Below, one piece after another: positions 1-9,511 of a stretch of 16,804 nt of DNA. This DNA is from Paraspadella gotoi (Eukaryota; Animalia; Chaetognatha). The stretch is from assembly GCA_051294375.1 (NCBI GenBank), contig CM119266.1, positions 11,007,580 to 11,024,383 of the forward strand, in the 5' to 3' direction. A program made the translations under genes and the position numbers. Under the pieces are notes generated by a model that saw only the letters and a list, made by a program, of their open reading frames with translations, was not told where the DNA came from and ran no database searches. How positions within the stretch are numbered: position 1 is the first letter of the stretch; each line of letters opens with the position of its first letter.

Positions 1-570
1 AAAAGAGTTGAATAAACAAGAAAAAAAAGAGGAAAAATAGACAAAATGAAAAAAAGGCCTAAAAAAAAAAAGAAAGAGAAAATCCCTATTTTTCGAGTCT
101 CATCATCGGGAGAAAAGTGGCTTAGCGACGACGTCACGAGGAAATCCGAGGTTCGCCGCACGTGTCATCGAGAGTCGCACGCGTAAGAGGCGCTGCGTGC
201 GCGATTAAGCGTCCGATATTTCGTGCGGTTTTGAGTACAAAAGTACTAGAATTATAAGAGACTTTAAGCAGTCAATTATTTACTACAGTGCTGAGCGTTC
301 TTAAGGCTAATATAAGCTTTAAAATGTGCCCATGGTCTGTGATTGCTGGTCTATGTAACGCGATTGTTGGCCTAATGTAAAATCAAAAAGCGTACGTGCG
401 AACGATTCGCTCGAAAATTTGACTCTATGTCGCACCAGTCCTTCCGGCCTTCCGGCGCAATCAGGAATAACGCAATCCGAGTCGCGACTCTGAGTCTCAC
501 GAATCCTTTGACGTAACCCGAGGCGCTTAAGACGGAAAGTCAACCAAGTTAAAGGAAACTTGAATTTCGC

Positions 571-1000
571 GGGAAAAGGGAAAAGGATTAAGGATTGATT
601 AAGGAACATGGAACGGTTATTCCAAGGTGTTGCGCCGCATTACTTTTCTTTTTATTTATCACCTTATTTATTCCTTATAGTTTATAAGATTTCTTTAAAA
701 ACAAAAGGCGGCGCCAGTAGTCGCTTAGATTTGATTTTTAACAAATGAGCAACAAACTATAGGCAAGTTATAAGCGTTTTTAACATAAGTGGGACAGACC
801 GTCGGACAGATATATACTGACGGATCGACGGACCAACCGACAGACCGACCGACGGACCGACCGACCAAAAAGTGACTTATAGAGTTGCTCCGCGAGTACT
901 CGCGGCGCAACTAAAAAGGGAAAAGGAAAAGGGGAAATAGGATTGATTAAGGAAAAGGTAAGAGGAAAAGGGGAAATGATTAAGGAGATTAAGGAGGAAA
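571..1000. repeat. Purine-rich degenerate minisatellite (gggaaaagg / gattgattaagga) interrupted by the element at 605-917
   Basis: The same motifs occur at 571-604 and 918-1000, on both sides of the insertion. Confidence 0.6.
605..917 (-). mobile_element. Non-autonomous HINE/DINE-1-like (Helentron-associated) element, copy 1
   Basis: Read on the minus strand: T5, then a 30-bp palindrome with one mismatch (883-912, plus strand agttgctccgcgagt|actcgcggcgcaact) containing the subterminal IR. Next come a GTCG/GTCY microsatellite (~795-866), an AT-rich body, the second subterminal IR (plus strand gttgcgccgc, 629-638) and a small hairpin ggaa-N6-ttcc (610-623) ending in GTT. It aligns end to end with 13377-13660 in the opposite orientation. 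Confidence 0.8.
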
Positions 1001-1755
1001 ATGAAAAAAAAAAGAAAATAGGGTATGAGTAAGGAGTTTAATTAAAGGTGGGGAAAGAAAAAGAATAATAGAAGCTTAGGTACGAGTAAAAGAGAAAAAA
1101 AAGATAACGAAAAGAGAAAAGAGAAGAAGAGAAAAGAATTTATTTGCCTTTTGTCCTAGAATAAATCGGAACTAATCTTTGACCAGCAGCAGTTCTCCGT
1201 TTGAAACAATCGAACGACGACGACGAAACCGACGACGACGAGAGAAACAATTTAGCGGCGTCCACTCGCGGCGCGACGCCGACCGAGCAAACGACGCCGA
1301 TAAAGTCCACAACGCCATCTCGATCGGGGCGTTTATTTTCGGCCAAGGTCGATCGTTGAGTCAACGAGTCTCCCCCGGCCGACCACAGATGGAGTCGTCG
1401 ATCGAAGTTTACAATCACGTGACATCGAAAACCCCGGATGTGAAAGGTACTTTTGTGGGGATTCGGAAAAAGAACAGTTTTGTCATTAACTTCCCTGACG
1501 AACGTCAATTCTTTTTTTTGTCCTCACCCGTCGATGAAAGAAACAAAAGATCAGGCGACGAAGGCGTGGACTGTCGGAAAAGGGACGTCAAACACGGATG
1601 GCAAACGGATGGCAAACCGAAGGACGAAAAAAAAAAAGAGAATGAGAGATGGCAAAAAATTCAAAGTCGCGAAGGTCGAATTCGACGTCGAAAACAAAAA
1701 GAGAAAATTCTCTTTCACATTTAATGATAATGAGACTTGAGCGGCGGAAGCTTTA

Positions 1756-1869
1756 GTCGTCGTCGTTGTCGTCGTCGTTGTCGTCTTCGTCGTCGTCCTC
1801 TACGTGCTCATTGCTGTCGTTGGAATCGGCGTCATCCACATCGTCGTCATCCACATCGTCTTCGTCTCC
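1756..1869. repeat. Degenerate (GTC)n trinucleotide repeat, Asp-rich on the minus strand
   Basis: gtc/gtt/ttc/atc triplets stay in register. Includes a 15-bp tandem duplication, cgtcatccacatcgt x2, at 1830-1859. Confidence 0.8.
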
Positions 1870-2056
1870 TAAATAGACATATTGTCGTTTGTCGTTTGCC
1901 GATTGTCGTTTTTGTCGGTTTTTGACGGTCGCATCTTAGTTTAAACAAACAAACTTACCAATTCCTCCATCCCTTGATCATCCTGGACTTTTTTCACATT
2001 TCCTATTATCGAATTTAACCTTTTTTTATGTCAGAAACAGGAAAAGCTGCAGCATC

Positions 2057-2058
<2 letters not shown>

Positions 2059-2107
<49 letters not shown>
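2059..2107. repeat. (AG)n microsatellite
   Basis: Perfect AG run. Confidence 0.95.
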
Positions 2108-2110
<3 letters not shown>

Positions 2111-2138
2111 CGAAAATGTAAAATCGAATTCCAATGTA

Positions 2139-2147
2139 ACTTACCTG
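2139..2147 (-). other. Consensus 5' splice donor CAG|GTAAGT
   Basis: Plus-strand acttacctg is a perfect 9-nt U2-type donor on the minus strand. I could not identify a coding exon to go with it. Confidence 0.3.
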
Positions 2148-2453
2148 TTTAAAAAGATGACGCCATGAAGATGGTGAAAGTGAAAAAAAGAATTGGGAGA
2201 AAAAACGAAAGAAAAAAAATTATTATTGAGTAAAGAGATAGGCATCTAATGGCATGGATCGTAACGGCTTCGCGCCGAATTTGCCGTATTTAGTCTAAAC
2301 ATGTAATTACGGCCGCAGCCGCGTCAGCGGTTGCAGCGGCGGGGGCGGTGACGGAGGCGGCTGCTTTCCCCGGCTCCGTTGGGACCGACGCTCGTAAAAT
2401 TTCGACAAATTCTTTCATTACACGAAACATTAATTTCCCGTTTGGGTTTTCAT

Positions 2454-2457
<4 letters not shown>

Positions 2458-2523
<66 letters not shown>
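2458..2523. repeat. (GA)n microsatellite
   Basis: Perfect GA run; source of the RERE/SLSL ORFs. Confidence 0.95.
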
Positions 2524-2526
<3 letters not shown>

Positions 2527-2904
2527 ACTCCTATTTGCTTTGTTAACCTCGCTTCCACAATCCAACCCTTCTCTCGCCTTTCTACCGCATCGACCCGCTT
2601 CCCTTTTGTTTTTACAATCCCAAATCTGTCTGCCAGGCAGCGCCAGCCAACGCCAGCGGCCATCAAACTAAATTTAGCCGCATNNNNNNNNNNNNNNNNN
2701 NNNNNNNNTCTTACATCAAAAAACCCTTTCGCCTCAATTGCGCCAAGCCCAGCGGCACTGGAAGGAAGAGAAAGTTTCGGGGGGGGGAAGGAAAAGGTGG
2801 AAGAGGAAAGGAAAGAAAAGTGAGGATGCTTTTAAGAATCGCCTCCACCGAAGCAGAAAAGGAGCTAAAATAACGCCGAGGGAAAATCGGGGGAGAGTTA
2901 AATC

Positions 2905-2949
2905 GACCAATCAGAGTGGAGACGGGTGGTCTCGACTGACGTCACGTCA
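2905..2949. promoter_or_regulatory. CCAAT box plus full CRE (promoter-like cluster)
   Basis: gaccaatcag at 2905-2914, palindromic tgacgtca at 2937-2944 and a further cgtca half-site at 2945-2949. Motif match only. Confidence 0.35.
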
Positions 2950-3016
2950 CCGCAATTCTCAAAAGCAGAAACGCTATCTATCTTGGCGATAAATAATTAC
3001 AAATTCGAGGGGGGTC

Positions 3017-3105
<89 letters not shown>

Positions 3106-3125
3106 AGAGAGAGAAAGATGAGAGA
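3017..3125. repeat. Imperfect (GA)n microsatellite
   Basis: GA run with interruptions. Confidence 0.9.
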
Positions 3126-3317
3126 TATTCCTTTCAGCTTTTATAAATACTTCGTTTGGAAAGAATCTTTTTTAGTTGTAGGATCTAGGGTTAACAAAAA
3201 GTGAATTCCCAGAAAAAGCGTGTGCGCTTGTGTGCCACGGAGCCGCCAATCGGATTTTATAAATGACCGCTCAAAGATGGAAGCAAGAAAAATGAAAGAA
3301 GATTCAAATTATATTGG

Positions 3318-3322
3318 GAGAT

Positions 3323-3391
<69 letters not shown>

Positions 3392-3409
3392 TAGGAGAGA
3401 GAGAGAGAT
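3318..3409. repeat. Imperfect (GA)n microsatellite
   Basis: GA run with interruptions. Confidence 0.9.
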
Positions 3410-3569
3410 ACGGAAACCCAAGGAATTATTGTTTGTTTCCTTTTATTTAAATGTTGGATGAGATGTTTATGAGGAATATATTTCAGCTGTTTCCCGCCAG
3501 AAGTTTAGGCCCCCGTGGCGGGAGAGGGAAAGGCCGCACCCGACGGTTGAGAGTCTCGAGTAGTTGCGT

Positions 3570-4250
3570 CCAAAACTCGGAAAAACAAGAGCTCGACGGC
3601 CATCTTGAATTCTTTTCGATCGGCTGAATCGTTAACTCGAATCTCAAGTTCTGAGTTCTTTTTTACCAAAGGCCAAACCATTAGCTCAGCGTTTCGCATC
3701 TATTCGCTCGCTCGTCATAACATATATGTTCAATTGTCGTCTATTTAATTTGTCTGTGTTTTCTTTTTAAATTAGGACATTTAAATCAAAGTAAACTTTC
3801 ATTCTATTTTTTAATTTACATATCCATATAGTACAACCTCAATTGTCAGTACTATGGAGACACATCAATCAAAATCATACATTAAACATCAAAAAAATAA
3901 ACAAATCAAAACCCAAATCAAATCTCCCTCGTTCGCCGATAATAATTTTAAAAACAAAGTTCAATATCAGAAACATACACCACGAAATATTCAAAAAAAA
4001 AGCGTATGAAATGCATTTTTAAATATAAATCCTCCTACATTTATAAAGAGGAGAGATTTAGTGAATTAAAAGAGTTATTTTTATATTATAATAAAATGAA
4101 GTAAATATTACTATGGAATGAGATCAGATAAATACAATAAAGCATAAATTTTAACATTTTCAGAAAGGAAGGATCCTATTTCAAAATTGGTAAATCAAAG
4201 AGAACTCATAAATATCTCTCTTCTTTCTCTTCTTCTATACTACTTTTGCG

Positions 4251-4290
<40 letters not shown>

Positions 4291-6420
4291 CTCTTCTCTC
4301 TCAGGTCTCTTCTGGTAGGCGTCAGTGGGGTGTCGAAGTCCGCACGGCGCTGCCAGGGCGACGAGTGTTAAGGTGACGGAGGTAGCACACAGAGATGGGC
4401 GAGGGGGGGATGGTCAGCGAGGTGGAAAAGACCGCAAGGAGGTGGGGACTATATTTACGCGTGTGGGTACAGAATGCAATGAACACGAAAGAGGGCGGAG
4501 ACACGGGAAAAGGACGGAAGGGAACAAGGGCCGCGGGCTTTCTTGTCAGAACTTTGATTCCCCGGGACGCCGCACGGGGAGGGCCGTTACCCACTGCACT
4601 TGGGGAAGCGTGGCGGGAGGCGAATGAAGATCGAAGCTACGTGTGGGTTACTCGGGTTAGTTGTTATTCAACTCGGCGGGCTGGCGCGTGTCCTTCAGCG
4701 CGCATAGGGCTCGCGTTTTCCCGACGGCATGAGCCCGTCCTTCTCATTGGTTGATTCCCACGATGATTCTCATCCAATCGGCGAGTCCTCTGGTGCAGGA
4801 GGTGTTCCGAGTCCGAAGTCACGCGAATAACAAAAACGATTTCAATTCTTAGAGTTACTTAGAAATCTCCAGTCTGCGAGCAATTGGCTTGTTGAGTGAG
4901 ACGCAGCTTCCTCATGATGGAACCAAGGCCCGAATTCTATTAGGTTTTCGAGTTTTTTTCCGGTTTCTCGTGAACCGGGGGAGGTAGGCGGGACGGTGCG
5001 GGCGCGAACTAACCAACGATCTCCTCTGGGGACCATCGGAGTGCCGGCTTTTCTAAATTTTTGTTGGGGGCCGAGTTTATTTTTCTCGTTTTTCTCGTTC
5101 TCTCCTCGCGTCAGGTGTGCATGTTTCTTTGTCTTCTGCGTTTTTCCTAATCTGTCTAGGTTCCCCGTGTCTATTTTCTCCGTCGCATAGCGGCGTGTTC
5201 GAGATGATGTCTGATTTAAAATTATTCCGGCCAGCCCGCTCGGTTTGTTACCTCGCCGGTCTGCGCATTATTTCGTGGGTGCATTGTGGTCGGTGAAAAT
5301 AGAGCGTGGGTCCGGAACTAGCCATCCAAAACTATCTTCCGTAACTGCTCTGTGTCTGTGGTCCGTGAGCTGTCCCTTTTCGGTGGTCTCGTGTTCGGCA
5401 GTATGTTGGATAGTCAACTCGGTAGGGTTCGACCTGGGTGGTGCGGGGGGGGGGCAATGAGGTCTCTTTTGTGTCGGTTTTTTGCCTTGTTTCTCTGTTT
5501 TTTTTTTTATTCTAGTTGTAGCGGCAGTCAAAGGGTGTGACGCAACCTGTAATTTTAACTCAATTCAGCATCCTTTTTACTCCCCACCTTCACTACGCGG
5601 CGTCCCTGCGAACTCAAACCAAACTACACGCTCAACCCTAATCACATAACAGGAGGCATCGCCGCGTTCCACTCACTATCCCTCAACTAATAGAGAAAAT
5701 TATGGCATTTCAAAATGGATATATGAGCTTTATTTTGAATATAACACTCGCAGTTTTTGTGGTATATTATACGACGAAGCGACGAAAAGGAGCAATCGAC
5801 CGCACTATTAACTCCTCGTCTTTTAGTGTTGTACGTACGTTTCAATTTAGCGCGATTCTGTCGCCATTTTGGATTATTCATTTCATGTAATGACGAATAT
5901 AATTTAAGAACGACCTTGACCGACTGTAATGACATGAATGAATGCGACACTGAATGAATAAATGAAATGGAATAGACAACGAATGAAATCGATAATTATC
6001 TTAATAAATTAGGCGCGGCGGTGGGAGTGTGAATTTATATGTATTTTTATGTGTTTCCAAAGTTAGACGAGTCGTTATATTTATCAAACAGGGTTTTCTT
6101 CATATTACTCAAAGCGTGAGTGGAGGAAGAGTATAAAATTTCATAAATAAATAAATTAAATAAATGAAACAGATGGAAGGCGGTTGCAGGTTAAAGTAGC
6201 AATAGAATATATAACATGAAAAAAAATAAATTCCGCGAAAGACGAGCGAAACACCTTTAAAAAAGAAAAAGCGAAATAAACCCACGAAAAACCAGCCGAG
6301 GGGAAAGAAAGGAAGGGAAGTCGTCAAGAGGAGTAAAAACGAGGTAAGGAAATCCGAGGGTCAGGGGGATTAAAAAACTATGAACCGTTGCAATTCAATT
6401 CGGATGTGAAAATCTTTTGT
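3570..6420 (+). repeat. Insertion-rich direct duplicate of 6905-8404 (probable raw long-read fill)
   Basis: Collinear anchors include aaacaagagctcgacg..ccatcttgaat (~3583 vs ~6915), ttttaacattttc (~4149 vs ~7283), ttcaatttagcgcgattctgtcgccattttggatt (~5842 vs ~7999) and tgaaaatctttt (~6407 vs ~8392). This copy is roughly 1.5-1.6x longer. Confidence 0.9.
4215..4302. repeat. (CT)n / polypyrimidine tract ending in CAG at 4302-4304
   Basis: CT-rich run followed by tcag|g and an abrupt change to GC-rich sequence. Confidence 0.85.
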
Positions 6421-6904
6421 GCTTGGGGGGGCCCATTCTGGCCACTATACTCTTATTAATTTTTTTTTTTTAGGGAGCGAGACAAAGAGAGGGAAAAAAC
6501 TTGACCTCTCTCTGGAAATAAAACCGCAAGCATAAAGATAATCGATATCTGAGTCGGGAGGAAAAAAAAGAGCCGAAAATAAGAGAGAGAAAAAATTTTT
6601 TTTCTCACCCCCAACCCCCAAGGCGCCGGGGGGCGGGAGCTGGGGGGCGGGGCCGCCGGGGTTCTTTGGGGGAGGGCATTTGATTTTGGGGGGCGGGGAA
6701 AGAGAAGAAAAAATGCGCCCCAAAGAAGAGAAGAAAAAGAAGAAGTATCGCAACGCCAATGTAGTAATACACATGAGATGGAGTAAGAAGAGAGAGAAAT
6801 GAGATGAGAGATTGGCAGTATGAGGGAAGATAGAAGAGAGAAGAGAGAGAAAGAGCTGTTAAAGAAGAGAAGTAGAGTATTGACTGTGTTCTTCTGACAT
6901 TTGT

Positions 6905-8404
6905 AAAAAATCGGAAACAAGAGCTCGACGCCATCTTGAATTTCTTTCGACTGAATGTAACTCGAATCTCAATTCGAGTCTTTTAGGCAACCATTGTCGT
7001 TTGCATTATCGTCGTCGTCGTTGTCATTGTCGTCTTTTTATTTGTCGTTGTTTTCTTTTAAATTTAGCTTTTCCAGTAACTTCTTCTTTTTTATATCATT
7101 GTCAACCTCATTGTCGTCTTGGGCCTCATCATCATCATCATCATCATCAAAATCATTGTCATTTTTACATTTCGACTCGAATATTCAAAAAGCGTTGATG
7201 CTTTTTTATTTAAAAAAAATTTAGTGATTTATTTTTATTAATAAATAAGTTTTCTTGGATTGAGATCGATAATCAATAAGCATTTTAACATTTTCGAAAG
7301 GAGGTCCTTTTCATTGGTAATCAAGAGCTCTTTCTCNNNNNNNNNNNNNNNNNNNNNNNNNNNNNNNNNNNNNNNNNNNNNNNNNNNNNNNNNNNNNNNN
7401 NNNNNNNNNNNNNNNNNNNNNNNNNNNNNNNNNNNNNNNNNNNNNNNNNNNNNNNNNNNNNNNNNNNNNNNNNNNNNNNNNNNNNNNNNNNNNNNNNNNN
7501 NNNNNNNNNNNNNNNNNNNNNNNNNNNNNNNNNNAGCATCGATGGTTTTTCTAAATTTTTTTGCAACTCTCTCCGTCTCTATCTCATTCTGTTTCTGTCT
7601 ATCTGTCAGGTTAACTGTCATTCCGTCTGCCTTTCTGTGTCTGTTTAAATATACCCGTTTGACTTTCAATTTCTGTATTTCTGAATAACTGTCTGAACTA
7701 TCTTCGTAACTGTCTGTCTGTGCCTGACTGTGCGGCTTTTCGGTGTCTCTGTCCGTTTTGATGTCAATCTATCTAGTGTCTGTCTTTTTTGCCTGTCTGT
7801 TTTTTTTTTCTGTTAGCATCAATCCGTCTCATTCTCCTTTTATCCCCATTCCTCCCCTCCCTCCCTCACCACTCCCTCCCTTCCTCTCCCTCCCTCACTT
7901 CCCTCACTTGTGAATATGGATAAATGGATTATGGTTTCACGGTTTGGGTGAACGACGAAGCGACGAGGCATCGACCGCCTTTCGCGCTTTTTGACGAGTT
8001 CAATTTAGCGCGATTCTGTCGCCATTTTGGATTTCGTTTCATGTAATGACGAATATAATTAAGAACGACTGACCGACTGTAATGAATGAATGAATGAATG
8101 AATGAATAAATGAATGAATGAAAGAATGAAATCATTAATTATTTAATAAATAGGCGCGGGAGGGATTAATGAAGTCAAAAGAGCGAATTAAACCGTTTCA
8201 TAACCAATAGAAATATAAAAATTTCATAAATAAATAAATAAATAAATGAAACAAGAATGGAAGGCTTGCGTGAATGAATGACATGAAAGATATTCCGCGA
8301 AGGAGCGAAACCTTAAAAGAAAGGAAATAAACCAAAGCCAAAGAAGGGAAAGAAGAAAACGGGGAAATCGTGTAACCGTCATTCATTCGATTGAAAATCT
8401 TTTT
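6905..8404 (+). repeat. Cleaner copy of the duplicated segment (contains the 198-N gap at 7337-7534)
   Basis: Holds intact microsatellites, (CAT)n at ~7127-7149 and (TGAA)n at ~8081-8130, that are garbled in 3570-6420. Confidence 0.9.
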
Positions 8405-8676
8405 NNNNNNNNNNATTACGGGCGAGGAAGAGAGAGAGAGAGAAAAGAGAGAGACATATATACATAGAGAGAGAGAGAGAATAAGGGAGAAGAGATATAA
8501 ACGAACGAGTGAATATGAAGTGGAGTTTTAACCTGATTTATGGCCGCTTTTACTCCACGGTTCCATCCTCTTCCACTTTTACTTCTCGGTTCCATCGTCT
8601 TCCATTTTCCACAAAAACGACGACGACGACGATGGACGCCGAACGAATAAGAGGTTCGAAGGCGACTGAAAAAAAC

Positions 8677-8700
8677 GACGTCACGCGCGTCACTTCCGGT
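8677..8700. promoter_or_regulatory. Overlapping CRE-half/ETS motif cluster
   Basis: gacgtcacgcgcgtcacttccggt; the minus strand reads ccggaagtgacgc (ETS core abutting a CRE half-site) within a CpG-rich patch. Motif match only. Confidence 0.35.
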
Positions 8701-8957
8701 GGCGGCGACGGTGGCGCTAGCGACGGAGAGACGTTTTAACGTTATTACTTTCAACGCCCCCCNNNNNNNNNNNNNNNNNNNNNNNNNNNNNNNNNNNNNN
8801 NNNNNNNNNNNNNNNNNNNNNNNNNNNNNNNNNNNNNNNNNNNNNNNNNNNNNNNNNNNNNNNNNNNNNNNNNNNNNNNNNNNNNNNNNNNNNNNNNNNN
8901 NNNNNNNNNNNNNNNNNNNNNNNNNNNNNNNNNNNNNNNNNNNNNNNNNNNNNNNNN

Positions 8958-9005
8958 TGCCGGTAAGCGGTTGCCGGTAAGCGGTTGCCGGTAAGCGAGT
9001 GCCGG
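8958..9005. repeat. 14-bp tandem repeat (tgccggtaagcggt), about 3.4 copies, truncated by a gap
   Basis: Units start at 8958, 8972 and 8986, with a partial unit at 9000. Confidence 0.9.
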
Positions 9006-9370
9006 ATCTGGGGGGTCGGGTGCCGATTGAGTTAGGTAATTAGTTTTTAAGTACCAAGCACTATGATTTATGGATTTTTTAAATATCTTTCTCGCGTTTA
9101 TTTTTTCGAATAAAATTCATCAACTATAATTATAGTAGATAGCTTTATTAATCGATTTGGGCAAAGTGGATTTATCAATTTGTCACACTTATTAAACTTC
9201 ATTGGATAACCCAAAAAAAATTTTAAATAATCAAGGAGACTGAGATTCGCTGCAGAGATAAAGAGATAAAAGTAAATTTGATACTACGTAAAATAATTTT
9301 TTTGGTGGAACTATTTTTTTTCTTAGGTTCTTTATTTTTTTTTTGCTCTCATTGCGGGCGTTGCTTGCAG

Positions 9371-9454
9371 GTGCGCGATAACGTGCACGCCAATATGCAC
9401 GTCAATGTGCACGCCAATGTGCACGCTAAAGTACGCGACAAAGTACGCGCGAAC
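9371..9454. repeat. 12-bp degenerate tandem repeat (gtgcacgccaat-like), about 7 units
   Basis: gtgcgcgataac gtgcacgccaat atgcacgtcaat gtgcacgccaat gtgcacgctaaa gtacgcgacaaa gtacgcgcgaac. Confidence 0.85.
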
Positions 9455-9511
9455 TTGCGAGAGACGAGGAGCGAATATTTGATAGACTTTCAGAGCTGCG
9501 TTTTCTTGTCG
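9371..9511 (+). CDS. Candidate 141-nt internal exon, unknown product
   Basis: T-rich tract then ttgcag| acceptor, and a cg|gtgaga donor. Length is divisible by 3 and one frame is open throughout: VRDNVHANMHVNVHANVHAKVRDKVRANLRETRSEYLIDFQSCVFLS. No homology recognised. Confidence 0.25.

Noticed and set aside
1140-1740. Overlapping ORFs of 95-181 aa on both strands
   Set aside because: Composition is driven by CGA repeats and A-runs; no recognisable domain or convincing splice structure.
3245-3264. CCAAT box next to a TATA-like motif
   Set aside because: They are only a few bases apart, much closer than usual promoter spacing, and have no other support.
3700-4220. A-insertions resembling kinetoplastid U-insertion pan-editing read on the minus strand
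   Set aside because: The context is nuclear and microsatellite-rich, no ORF is created, and the inserted base changes along the segment. Sequencing noise is the simpler explanation.
4440-4660. Kelch-like fragments (GDYIYA; W..ANEDRSYV)
   Set aside because: They lie in different frames within heavily corrupted sequence and lack the GG and spacing pattern; chance is likely.
6605-6700. G-run-rich stretch suggesting a G-quadruplex
   Set aside because: It lies between the noisy duplicate and the clean contig, where homopolymer runs may be read artefacts.
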